Source: an uncultured Candidatus Saccharibacteria bacterium
GTDB taxonomy: Bacteria; Patescibacteriota; UBA1384; CAILIB01; JAUSJZ01
NCBI GenBank assembly: GCA_964421635.1
Contig: CAYQWZ010000002.1
Span: 65,749-129,748, forward strand
Reading direction: 5' to 3'
Length of the DNA: 64,000 nt
The translations under genes and the position numbers were made by a program. The notes below the pieces were generated by a model. It was not told where the DNA came from and searched no databases. It was given only the letters and a program-made list of their open reading frames with translations. Positions 1 through 9,240 of this stretch are shown in pieces (the first letter of the stretch is position 1; the number at the start of each line of letters is the position of its first letter).

Positions 1-1
1 C

Positions 2-2239
2 TTAGCCTTTATCGATTGGTATTTAGCTTCTAAAAAAGTTAGCAAACAAGTATGTTGGCCAAAAATCAAATTAATTTTATTAGCGTTTGTATTCTTTTTA
101 TTGCTGTCATCATACTGGGTTATTCCTTTGCTATTTGGCTCAGGCGGAGTAGCTGGAGTGCCAAGCTCTCATACCAATGTTGGTTGGGTCTCGGCGTTAA
201 GTTATTCAAATATGGCAAACACCTTAGCAGCTAACCATGTTTGGTGGCCATTTTCAGATGGCGAGCTTAATCCTATACAGCCATTATTTTATTTCATTAC
301 AATTTTGGCCATAGCAGCTATTCTGACCTGGAAAAAGAATAAGAGAATCATTGGACTATCATTATTGATGTTGTTAGGATTTTTTCTTACCAAGGGCACG
401 AACGAGCCAATAAATACAATTTACGAATGGATGTTTATTAATGTGCCGGGCTTCATAATGTTTAGAGATCCGGCCAAGTTTTACTTAATGATTATGTTAG
501 CTTTGGCACCTCTTGCGTCTATTGGTGCCGTGAGTATAATTGATCAGGTCAATTTCCGCTGGAGAAAGATAACCACAATTTCTATCTTAATTTTAATTTT
601 ATTGCCTCTTTATCCGGCTTTTACTAATCAGCTTAAAGGCACTTTTATTCCAAAATCAATACCGGCTGAATATACAAAATTCGCCAACTTTTATATGGGT
701 AAGCCTTGGGGCCGCACTCTATGGGTACCAGCCGTTCACCGTTACGCTCCTTATACTCAACAAAATGGTGGCTTGAATGCTCGCGAAATGACATCAGATC
801 AATGGAGCTTTTTCTTAGACGAGACGGGAACTGTGGAATCCTTCTTGACACACCCCTATGCTCAAAAAATTATTAATAACTCGGGAATTCGTTGGGTAGG
901 ATTACCATATGACACGGAGAATGAAATCTATCGACACTATGAACCTTTTGAATTTTATGAAAATATATTAAACAATACTAGCTGGCTGAAGCGAGTTGAC
1001 AGTGGAGTTGAACAGATTGCAATTTATGAGAATGAACAGGCAAAGCCAGAAATTTATTCAGCTTCAAGTGTGGTGGCAATTGATAAAGAGGCTTTGAGAG
1101 AAGCACCCCTAGATAATTTATCTGAAGAAGATTTATTACTCTTAACCTCTCGATATGAAGGAGTTTCAAAACAGTATTCTTCTCGTGAAAGATCAAGAAT
1201 TGTTAGTTTGGATAAGCAAGAATATAAAATTACAGATGACTCTATATCATGGGAGTTCGCTTTATCGGAGGATTTTACAGGTAAGTTAATCATTGATGAA
1301 GGGGTAGCTTCAGTACCAATTAATATTGATGATCGACTGGTTAATCTTTCAGGTGAGAAGAATAATGAAGTTTCTTCAATTACCTTAGAGCGTGGGAAGC
1401 ATACTTTGAAGGCCGTATTTGGTCAAAAAGAAAACATCTTTTATCAAGATAGTTTTAGTGATGTTAGTTGGGGCGTTTGTCAAGATCAACGCGGAAGATT
1501 AATTGCCCCTGACAATTTTTATCTTGCAGAAGAGAATAACGGTCGTTTCAACACATTGAATTTATACTCAACCGAAGAATCAGCTGGTTGTGCTTCTGTC
1601 GGTTTAGACCTACTTGAGCCCGGAGTTTATAGAATAACTATTGATAATCAGGTTACTGGTCAAGAAGGATTAGACGTAAAAGTCATTCATGATAATGGCC
1701 AAAGCACGACAAAATATTTTGAGCCAATTGCTGAATGGAACAGTGATTACATGATTTTTGAGATAGAAGAGAAATTGCCATCAGCTTTATTATTATTGGC
1801 TCATACTGTAACTGATAAAAACGATGAACAAATAATTACTCAAATTGGAATTTCAGATATCAAGATTGAAAAATTAATAGATGATCTTGCTAGTTGGGTT
1901 AAAATTGAGCCAGATGAAGCAGTTTTGGGAACAGCTCAAAATATTACCCAGTTTGAGCGCGTGGCTCCGGGAAAATATAAGGCCACACTACCAGCCGCGG
2001 AAAATCCTTACTTCATAATTTTGAATCAAGCTTACAATACCGGTTGGCAGATGAAAGGATTAGAAACCACTGAGCATATTCACGCCAACGGTGGCCTAAA
2101 CGCTTGGCTAGTAGATGTTGACAGTGATGTAGAGGTTACCATAGAGTACGGTGATTCGAAACCATTTGTTTATGGATTAATTATTTCTTTAGTGACCCTA
2201 ATTATTACTATTGCCAAGTTAAGGCGAAAGAATGAATAA
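2..2239 (+). CDS. GT-C-type membrane glycosyltransferase, AftD/DUF3367-like, with large extracellular C-terminal region (5' partial)
   Basis: Frame open from position 2; multi-TM N-half with KGTNEP...FRDPAKF motif; C-terminal ILNQAYNTGW...HIHANGGLNAW followed by a TM anchor. Confidence 0.65.
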   Translation, partial: LAFIDWYLASKKVSKQVCWPKIKLILLAFVFFLLLSSYWVIPLLFGSGGVAGVPSSHTNVGWVSALSYSNMANTLAANHVWWPFSDGELNPIQPLFYFITILAIAAILTWKKNKRIIGLSLLMLLGFFLTKGTNEPINTIYEWMFINVPGFIMFRDPAKFYLMIMLALAPLASIGAVSIIDQVNFRWRKITTISILILILLPLYPAFTNQLKGTFIPKSIPAEYTKFANFYMGKPWGRTLWVPAVHRYAPYTQQNGGLNAREMTSDQWSFFLDETGTVESFLTHPYAQKIINNSGIRWVGLPYDTENEIYRHYEPFEFYENILNNTSWLKRVDSGVEQIAIYENEQAKPEIYSASSVVAIDKEALREAPLDNLSEEDLLLLTSRYEGVSKQYSSRERSRIVSLDKQEYKITDDSISWEFALSEDFTGKLIIDEGVASVPINIDDRLVNLSGEKNNEVSSITLERGKHTLKAVFGQKENIFYQDSFSDVSWGVCQDQRGRLIAPDNFYLAEENNGRFNTLNLYSTEESAGCASVGLDLLEPGVYRITIDNQVTGQEGLDVKVIHDNGQSTTKYFEPIAEWNSDYMIFEIEEKLPSALLLLAHTVTDKNDEQIITQIGISDIKIEKLIDDLASWVKIEPDEAVLGTAQNITQFERVAPGKYKATLPAAENPYFIILNQAYNTGWQMKGLETTEHIHANGGLNAWLVDVDSDVEVTIEYGDSKPFVYGLIISLVTLIITIAKLRRKNE

Positions 2240-2585
2240 GCTATTTAAACAATTAAGTAAGGATGTTGAGAGTAACGCTCTGCGCTACCGCTGGATTTTG
2301 CTATTATTTCTGCTTGTTTATTTTGGTGAGGTCGTCTTGGCTAAAGTATCTGGCGGTTTAACTTCTCCTGAAAGGCAGTTTTGGTATTTCTGGTTTTTCA
2401 TCTCAGTTTTCAAAATAATACCTTATCAGCTGTCTGTTTTTGCTTCAATTATCACCATCCTTTTATTAATAGTTACGACCACTTTTCAGTTAAACATTAG
2501 TGGAGATATTGCGATTTGGGCGTTTACATTTCTTTTCACGGCGGTAGTATCAATACTTGTCCAAGCCAAAAAAGAAAATGCCTAA
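2232..2585 (+). CDS. Small hypothetical membrane protein (about 4 TM)
   Basis: Hydrophobic 117-aa ORF overlapping both neighbours, operon-like. Confidence 0.7.
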   Translation: MNKLFKQLSKDVESNALRYRWILLLFLLVYFGEVVLAKVSGGLTSPERQFWYFWFFISVFKIIPYQLSVFASIITILLLIVTTTFQLNISGDIAIWAFTFLFTAVVSILVQAKKENA

Positions 2586-2862
2586 ACTAATTGTCTCAAT
2601 TTTGGTTTTTGCTTTAGCCTCAACTTTAACTCAAGATCTGTGGTTGGTACTTCTAATATTAGTAGTAGCTCTACCGACAATTTGGTTTAAAAAACTATCA
2701 AAACTCTCTTTAATAATTGCTCTAGTTTGTATGATTGGGGCATCTGTAATTTTAGTATGGCCTTATGAGTTTTGGCTAGCTTATGTTTGGCCAGCTATGT
2801 CAGCCGCTTTAGTTTTGTCTATTGCTAGCATTTTGCCTCTAATTATTCATCATGAAAAATAA
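2578..2862 (+). CDS. Small hypothetical membrane protein
   Basis: Hydrophobic ORF; ATG 2578 overlaps the upstream gene end; 3' end overlaps the next gene. Confidence 0.65.
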   Translation: MPKLIVSILVFALASTLTQDLWLVLLILVVALPTIWFKKLSKLSLIIALVCMIGASVILVWPYEFWLAYVWPAMSAALVLSIASILPLIIHHEK

Positions 2863-5542
2863 GAAGAAGCTACAAAGAACAATTGTAATTTTACTTTGGG
2901 TCTTCGCTCTTTTATTTTCTGCTTTCAATTTTCGTCATTTACTTTTTGCAGACAATCTTTTATTGAAATATGACTGGGGCTTTGCCACTTTCGATTGGAG
3001 CAAGACTTGGCATGATGCAACAAGTAGCTGGAACGATTATTTCTTAGGGCAGGGAGTTGGCATTAATGCTGCTTGGTTGCCGCTAGCGCTATTGGCTGCT
3101 TTTGGTACGCTGTTGCAGCTATCTGTTAGTCAAACATTAATGGTAGTAATTGTGCTTTGTTCTGCGGTGGCAATGGTGGGAATGACATTACTGTTGAAAA
3201 ATCGCGGAGTTAATTGGTATTTGTCTATTATCGCGGGAATCCTTTACGCTTTTGCACCCGTAATTTTTATTAGAGTAATAGTAGGATTTCTCTTTTATTT
3301 AATTGCTTACGCCCTAGCTCCTTTTATTATTCGTTACTGGTATATAGCAACAGAACAATCGCACAGAACTTGGCATCAGTTTGTTTTTCCAATACTGTTT
3401 GCAATCGCTTCAGCCCAGCCTCAGTTTGTAGTAATGCTTACCTTGATATTTATTATTGACTGGGTATTTTCGCCAAGTATCAGATATTTTAAAAAAGCTT
3501 TCTCTTTATTAATTTTTGCTTTTGTCACTACGGCAATTGTGCATTTGCCGTGGCTTGTTAATTTACTTCGTAATGGTTTTTCGACTGTAGTAAAAATAAA
3601 TGAAGAAGGGAGTTCGTTGGCCAATATTGAAGCTTTGCCGCACAGTTTAATTCGTACTTTTATAGGAGCAGATCATCACATAACTTTTCCAATAATAGAG
3701 AAAGTTTTTGAACAAAAATTATTCGTGGCGGCGGCATTCATGCTTGTTATTTTGTCTATCTTGGCGGTAATTAAAATTAATCGCCGTGAAGTCAAAACTT
3801 TCTTTATTGCTCTTGCTCTCGCTTGGCCGCTGGCTTTAGGCACCCAAATTCCAACAAATAATTTATTTAGCTATCTATATTTAAACTTGCCGTTTTCAAA
3901 TCTGTTTCGTGAAGTGTATCATTGGTCATTCTTAATTACGATATCCTTAGTTTTTCTGTCAATCTTTGTTATTAATGCTCTGACGCAAAAAATGATGCGC
4001 AGTAAGAGTGGCAAATGGTTGATGGCGCTAGTGTTGCTGTTGCCGATATTCTGGCTGACTCCGTTTTGGCAAACAGATTTTTACGGATACATGCCCAATA
4101 ATTATAAGATTCCGCAAAGCTACGAAATGGCAAAAGCATCTCACGAAGTAGAAGAAAGTAGATTAACTCGTAGTCTCTTTTTACCAAGTTTTGGCTTCAT
4201 TAAATTTATTGATGATAATTCACCTGGAGCGGCTAATAATGACATCTACGCTTTTTCTACCAATCGAGCACAAATTCCTTATAATTCCTCGGTATTAGAT
4301 TCAGCTGACAATGCAACCGAAATTAGAAACGCTATGTTGACCGCACTGCACAACAAAGATAGTAATTTCACCGCTCTTTTAAATGCTACAGCTGTCAATA
4401 ATATTTTTTATAGAAATACTTTGACTTCAGAGTTTGCCCAACTTTTTGATATTGATAGAGGTCAAGCCAAAGATATTTGGCAAAATGTTAGTTTTGAAGA
4501 TTTATTACAAGTGCAAGATGTGGAGTTAATTTCCACCTTACCAGCTTTAAGTGAGTACCGTTTTGAAAGTGCTCCTATGTTTGAGTTTGACACAGCGCCA
4601 AAGATTTCAGCTTCAGATTTAAAACAGATAAAGATAAATCAAAACATTATTTATTTAGAAGATCTGACTTTAAATCAAACAGATAGTATAGAAGGATTAA
4701 CCGAAGTCGGAAATGAAAAAGATATAATTGCTGCCAAAAATAAAGATAAAAGTTTAATGAGTAAGCTGCATTATGTACCGAGCGCTAATTTATATGACGG
4801 ATTAGTTAGTAAGAAGTTTAGCTGGTGGTGGAATAAAGAGCTAGCTTACAACAATGATGATTATGTTTTTACAGCTAGCGTTGATAATCTTAATGAAATT
4901 AGTGGTCAATTTAATGCCCAGTCGCAAGATGTATTAGTGGCAAAGCTATGGTTCTCACCCAATAGTGAAAGGGCGTTATTTAAGTTAGGCAACAGTAGTG
5001 AATCAATTAGTACAGCTGCTAAAGAAGCAAAATGGCAGTGGGTCGAAGTTAAACAATTTGATATTTATGAGCAAGGTGATATCTCTATTAGTGGAGTAGG
5101 AGAGTTTGGCTTAGCTAATATTCTGCTGTTGCCAAGAACAGAATGGAACAAAATAGATGAAGATAATAAAGATGATATAACATCTCAGGCTTTAGGAGAT
5201 AAAAATAAAGTTGATCAAAAAGCAATAATTAATACTGTCAATTTTAATAAAATTAATAGTGGTGAATACCAAATTTCAACTAGCTTAGACGAAGACGGTT
5301 GGCTAGTATTCAAAATGGGCTTTGATGCCGGCTGGAAATTAATTAGCTCAACAAGTGAGCTTTCTCCAATTCCAATTAATAGTTATGCTATGGCTTGGCC
5401 AATAAAAAAAGAATCAGCCGACTATAGCTTAATATATGAACCGCAAAAACCGTACACAGTAATACAGCTATCAGCGGTAGCTTATTTAGTATTTTTAATC
5501 TTACTGGCAGTTAGTACTAAAAAAAGAGAAGAGGTCGTTTAG
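2852..5542 (+). CDS. Second GT-C-type membrane glycosyltransferase, AftD/DUF3367-like
   Basis: 896 aa, many TM segments, AGILYAFAP and LFREVYHW motifs, C-terminal VFKMGFDAGW...INSYAMAW plus TM like the first gene. Confidence 0.65.
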   Translation: MKNKKKLQRTIVILLWVFALLFSAFNFRHLLFADNLLLKYDWGFATFDWSKTWHDATSSWNDYFLGQGVGINAAWLPLALLAAFGTLLQLSVSQTLMVVIVLCSAVAMVGMTLLLKNRGVNWYLSIIAGILYAFAPVIFIRVIVGFLFYLIAYALAPFIIRYWYIATEQSHRTWHQFVFPILFAIASAQPQFVVMLTLIFIIDWVFSPSIRYFKKAFSLLIFAFVTTAIVHLPWLVNLLRNGFSTVVKINEEGSSLANIEALPHSLIRTFIGADHHITFPIIEKVFEQKLFVAAAFMLVILSILAVIKINRREVKTFFIALALAWPLALGTQIPTNNLFSYLYLNLPFSNLFREVYHWSFLITISLVFLSIFVINALTQKMMRSKSGKWLMALVLLLPIFWLTPFWQTDFYGYMPNNYKIPQSYEMAKASHEVEESRLTRSLFLPSFGFIKFIDDNSPGAANNDIYAFSTNRAQIPYNSSVLDSADNATEIRNAMLTALHNKDSNFTALLNATAVNNIFYRNTLTSEFAQLFDIDRGQAKDIWQNVSFEDLLQVQDVELISTLPALSEYRFESAPMFEFDTAPKISASDLKQIKINQNIIYLEDLTLNQTDSIEGLTEVGNEKDIIAAKNKDKSLMSKLHYVPSANLYDGLVSKKFSWWWNKELAYNNDDYVFTASVDNLNEISGQFNAQSQDVLVAKLWFSPNSERALFKLGNSSESISTAAKEAKWQWVEVKQFDIYEQGDISISGVGEFGLANILLLPRTEWNKIDEDNKDDITSQALGDKNKVDQKAIINTVNFNKINSGEYQISTSLDEDGWLVFKMGFDAGWKLISSTSELSPIPINSYAMAWPIKKESADYSLIYEPQKPYTVIQLSAVAYLVFLILLAVSTKKREEVV

Positions 5543-6402
5543 CGAAGGGCTCGAATGATTTTCCAAGGCCAGCGCAGAGTGACCATTAAGGATGTCTTGA
5601 GCCATCCGTAGTGCTTCAAATAATATTGTTCTTGGCTGTTGTCGTAAATTGCATATTTTTGTTTGCTCTTCTTCATGCTCTTGCCAACCAAGTGGATCAT
5701 TTCTGCATCGTTTAAAACGGCTGTTTGAAATCCTAATTTTTTAATATCGGCACAAAGGTCTTGGTCTTCAAAGTACATAAAAAAGCGTGGATCAAAGCCG
5801 CCAACTGCCCAAAAAATTTCAGCTGGAATCATCATGGCGGCACCCGTTACCCAATCTGTATTGGTGCACACAAAACGCTCGTCAAGTCTTGGTCTTTTGA
5901 CAGTCGAGTTTCTAAACAACACTCTACTTAAAGAGGGAAATTTACCGAAGGATGCAGGCTGAATATCTTTTTTATTTTTTAATAAAACTTTAGGACCAAC
6001 CACGCCATATTCTGGGTGACCGTCTAAAAAGCGCACAATTTTCTCTATACACTGCTCTTGCACTAAAGTATCGCTGTTAAGAAAAAATAAGTAACGACCA
6101 AGGGCGCTGTTGGCTGCTAAATTATTGGCTGGTCCGAATCCTATATTTCTTTTAGTTTGAATGAATTGGACTTGGTTTTTAAATCTCTTTTTTAAGTAGC
6201 TGACAGAACCGTCATTAGAGTTGTTATCAACTAAAATAATTTCAATTTTGATTTTATCTTTGGTAGAAGTTCGGGTCAGACTTATATCAGCTAAAATTGA
6301 ATCAATTGTGTCGGCAGTAATTTTCTTTGTTTTATAGTTAACAATTAAAATTGAAACCAACGGTTTACTCTCTCTTTTTATTTTAGTTTTCTTCTCAGCC
6401 AT
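5539..6402 (-). CDS. Glycosyltransferase family 2 (WbbL/rhamnosyltransferase-like)
   Basis: VSILIVNY, VDNNSNDGS, NIGFGPANN, FLNSDT, WVTGAAM, GGFDPRFFMYFEDQDLC; ATG 6402 preferred as start. Confidence 0.9.
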   Translation of the reverse strand: MAEKKTKIKRESKPLVSILIVNYKTKKITADTIDSILADISLTRTSTKDKIKIEIILVDNNSNDGSVSYLKKRFKNQVQFIQTKRNIGFGPANNLAANSALGRYLFFLNSDTLVQEQCIEKIVRFLDGHPEYGVVGPKVLLKNKKDIQPASFGKFPSLSRVLFRNSTVKRPRLDERFVCTNTDWVTGAAMMIPAEIFWAVGGFDPRFFMYFEDQDLCADIKKLGFQTAVLNDAEMIHLVGKSMKKSKQKYAIYDNSQEQYYLKHYGWLKTSLMVTLRWPWKIIRALR

Positions 6403-6418
6403 AATTTTATGATAACCT

Positions 6419-7741
6419 CTATTTAGATAATTTTGAGATGATTCCTGACAATCCTTTATTCTGCCAAACTTTTCGAGCTCCACTAATATAATAATTGCTG
6501 AGTACTTTATTGAAATCTTTTGCGCTTAAGATCTGGTCAACAAAGCTGTCAGCCTTAATACGATTAGCCAATGGACGGAGCAGTTTGTTCCAAGTGAAGG
6601 CTGGCCATAGGCGAGCGAGATTTTGCCTTACATCTTTTCTAAAGTCTTTATCGTCAATTAATTTAATAATTGCTTTTTCAACTGCCGCGACATCCTTATA
6701 GTCAACTGTTATTCCGAGCCCTTCTTTCTCCACCAGGTCGCTCATGGAATCTCCGCGCGTTGTCAAAATGGGTAATCCGGCCCAAATGTAGCTTAAAATT
6801 CGAGTGCGAAAAGACATACGAGTTTCAGCGTGATCAAAATGTAGCGAAGCGCCAATGGCAGCCGGTGCTAAATAGTCGGCTAACTCTTCGTAGGGTACCC
6901 ATCCTTCGTTGAAAAATACTATATTGTTTTTGAGTTTGAGCTCAGTTGCCAGTTTGTGTGCTTCGGTGATCATTTTCATTTCGGGCGTGTTAGGGTTAGG
7001 ATGCTTGGTGCCTAAAAATAGTAGCTTAATGTCGTTTCGTTTTTTAGCGATTCCTTCTAGGGCCTGAATTAAAGTTAGGGGGTCAAACCAATTCCAAACA
7101 CCGCCGCCCCAAATAATGACATTATCTTTTTTAGGATTAAAATGTGGCACAAAGGCAGCTAGCGCTTCATCGTTTATGACTTTAGGAACTTCATTTTTGT
7201 AACCAAAAGGTACAATAGAAATAAGAGATTCGAGCGACGGATCTTCGCGATAGATATCTGGAGTCAGTCGGCCTAAGGCAGTTAAGGTGCCGAGCCAGTA
7301 GTCTCGTTGTCGCTCAGAGGCGCACAAGAAATGGTCGGCAGTAGCAAGCTGGGCGCTCATAATGCTTAAGAAAAATTTATTTTGGGCACTTTGCTCTTCT
7401 ATATCAAGCGTTCTTTGTGCTTCTAAATTCTCCAACACAATAGGATCATAAAAATCGGCGACATAGCGAATATCGTTTTTACGAACCATTCGCAAAAGTG
7501 TTGGGTGAAGCGACTGAGCGATAACCACATTAGCTTTTTCTAAGTAAGGAATTAAAGATTTAAACTTGCCGTGCTGGTAAACGATTGTTTGAATGTCATC
7601 AATTTTAACTGATGGCTCAGGCGCTGCTAGCATCACTTGATGATCTTTCTGTAAGGTTTTGGCCATTTCTGTATAGCGAATACCAGGCCCAGCCATGGTT
7701 GGCCCCACTACATCGTTAGAAATTAATAATACTTTAGACAT
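6419..7741 (-). CDS. Glycosyltransferase family 4
   Basis: MAGPGIRY N-terminus, WGGGVWNWFDP, ETRMSFRTRILSYIWAGLP. Confidence 0.85.
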   Translation of the reverse strand: MSKVLLISNDVVGPTMAGPGIRYTEMAKTLQKDHQVMLAAPEPSVKIDDIQTIVYQHGKFKSLIPYLEKANVVIAQSLHPTLLRMVRKNDIRYVADFYDPIVLENLEAQRTLDIEEQSAQNKFFLSIMSAQLATADHFLCASERQRDYWLGTLTALGRLTPDIYREDPSLESLISIVPFGYKNEVPKVINDEALAAFVPHFNPKKDNVIIWGGGVWNWFDPLTLIQALEGIAKKRNDIKLLFLGTKHPNPNTPEMKMITEAHKLATELKLKNNIVFFNEGWVPYEELADYLAPAAIGASLHFDHAETRMSFRTRILSYIWAGLPILTTRGDSMSDLVEKEGLGITVDYKDVAAVEKAIIKLIDDKDFRKDVRQNLARLWPAFTWNKLLRPLANRIKADSFVDQILSAKDFNKVLSNYYISGARKVWQNKGLSGIISKLSK

Positions 7742-9197
7742 TGGCGACTTTATCTATTTTTTTGTTTAGGATCTTTTCAAAAGGGATAATTCTCTGTTTC
7801 CAAAGTAGCAGGAAGTAAGTGGCAGGCACAGCAAAAAAGGTAATTATCCAGTAAATATGCAAGGAATTAGCTATCCAAAATAGTATTAAAGCGATAATAA
7901 GGTTGGTGAAAATTTTAATTATTTTGCCGAAGCGAAAGTCTAATAAATGCATGTAGCGCAAAATTATTATATTGCCGCCGATGAGCAGAGTTTCAGATAG
8001 TAAAGTGGCAGCGGCGGAACCAACATAGCTGAATTTTGGAATTAAATAGAAATTCAAAGCTAGATTTAAAAGTAGGGTTAAACCCGAGACAATTAATAGA
8101 ATTTTTCTTTTATCTAAAAGTACTAACACCTGACCCATTAGTGAGTTGACATAAAGCAGAGTGGCCACGAAGGCTAAAAATATTAAAGGTAGTTGAGCAG
8201 CTAAATATTCAGGGCCCGAAAGTAGCAAAATTATTTCTTTAGAATAGATAATGATTGAAGTAGTAATAATTAGACCAGTAGCCAATAAGATTTCTGTGCC
8301 AACAGCAATTAATTTTTTGGCTTGATCAATTTGATTGTGTAAATAATTACTCAAATACGGAGTGAGGGCAGCTACGAAGAACGCGGATACGAAAATAACA
8401 GTTTCTAAGATTCTATAAGCCGCGGTGTATATTCCGTTATCGTAGCTGCCCGACATAATGTAGAGCATAATGCTATCGACTTTGAAATATAAATTATTAA
8501 GTGCAAAGACAATTCCTAACGGAATAGCCAAGTTGAGTAACCATTTCCACATTTTATAGTCGAATCCAAAGCGAATTTTAAAGTAAGGTCTGACAAAATA
8601 AAGTCGTGAAATTAAGGCCAAAATTGAGCCAAAAGCAACGGCTGAGACAACCCAGAGAAATCCTAAATCTAAAACAATTGCGGCAATCGCAACTGCCAAA
8701 GCTGTGGCCTTACCAATGAGTTCAACAATGGCAATAAATTGCATTTTCATCTCAACATGAAAAGCGACATCTAAAATGTAGCTAATAAAGTAAATTAGCA
8801 TGTTGGCAGCTCCAATATAGATGGCTGGAAGAATCTGTGGATATCCTGAATTTGGTGCTAACCAAGCAATTAGATAGGCTATAAAAACGGCAAAGATAGA
8901 AGTCGCCAAGGCTAGCAGCAATCTCAAGGTAAACGAATTCTCTAATATCTTTTGTCTCTTCTCGGGGTTTTTAGCAATCTCTCTAACAGCTACGGTGAAT
9001 AAGCCAAAATCAGCTAAGACAGTGAAAATAGCTGTGAAATTAAAAACATTCCCATAATCTCCAAAAAGTTGAGGGCCAAGATATACGGCGATAATTTTGA
9101 AATTAACCAAACTCATAGCCAAGAACAAAATACGCCCAATTATTTGGATTATGGTATTTTTGGCAATCAGTGCTGGTGCGTGTTTGGCTTCATACAT
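7734..9197 (-). CDS. Polysaccharide flippase (Wzx/MOP family)
   Basis: 12-14 TM; IAKNTIIQIIGR, LADFGL...VREIA, YFKVDSIML, GIYTAAYR. Confidence 0.9.
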   Translation of the reverse strand: MYEAKHAPALIAKNTIIQIIGRILFLAMSLVNFKIIAVYLGPQLFGDYGNVFNFTAIFTVLADFGLFTVAVREIAKNPEKRQKILENSFTLRLLLALATSIFAVFIAYLIAWLAPNSGYPQILPAIYIGAANMLIYFISYILDVAFHVEMKMQFIAIVELIGKATALAVAIAAIVLDLGFLWVVSAVAFGSILALISRLYFVRPYFKIRFGFDYKMWKWLLNLAIPLGIVFALNNLYFKVDSIMLYIMSGSYDNGIYTAAYRILETVIFVSAFFVAALTPYLSNYLHNQIDQAKKLIAVGTEILLATGLIITTSIIIYSKEIILLLSGPEYLAAQLPLIFLAFVATLLYVNSLMGQVLVLLDKRKILLIVSGLTLLLNLALNFYLIPKFSYVGSAAATLLSETLLIGGNIIILRYMHLLDFRFGKIIKIFTNLIIALILFWIANSLHIYWIITFFAVPATYFLLLWKQRIIPFEKILNKKIDKVANV

Positions 9198-9240
9198 GAA
9201 ACTATTGTATCAACCCCTTAATAACTTATATACTAGGTAT

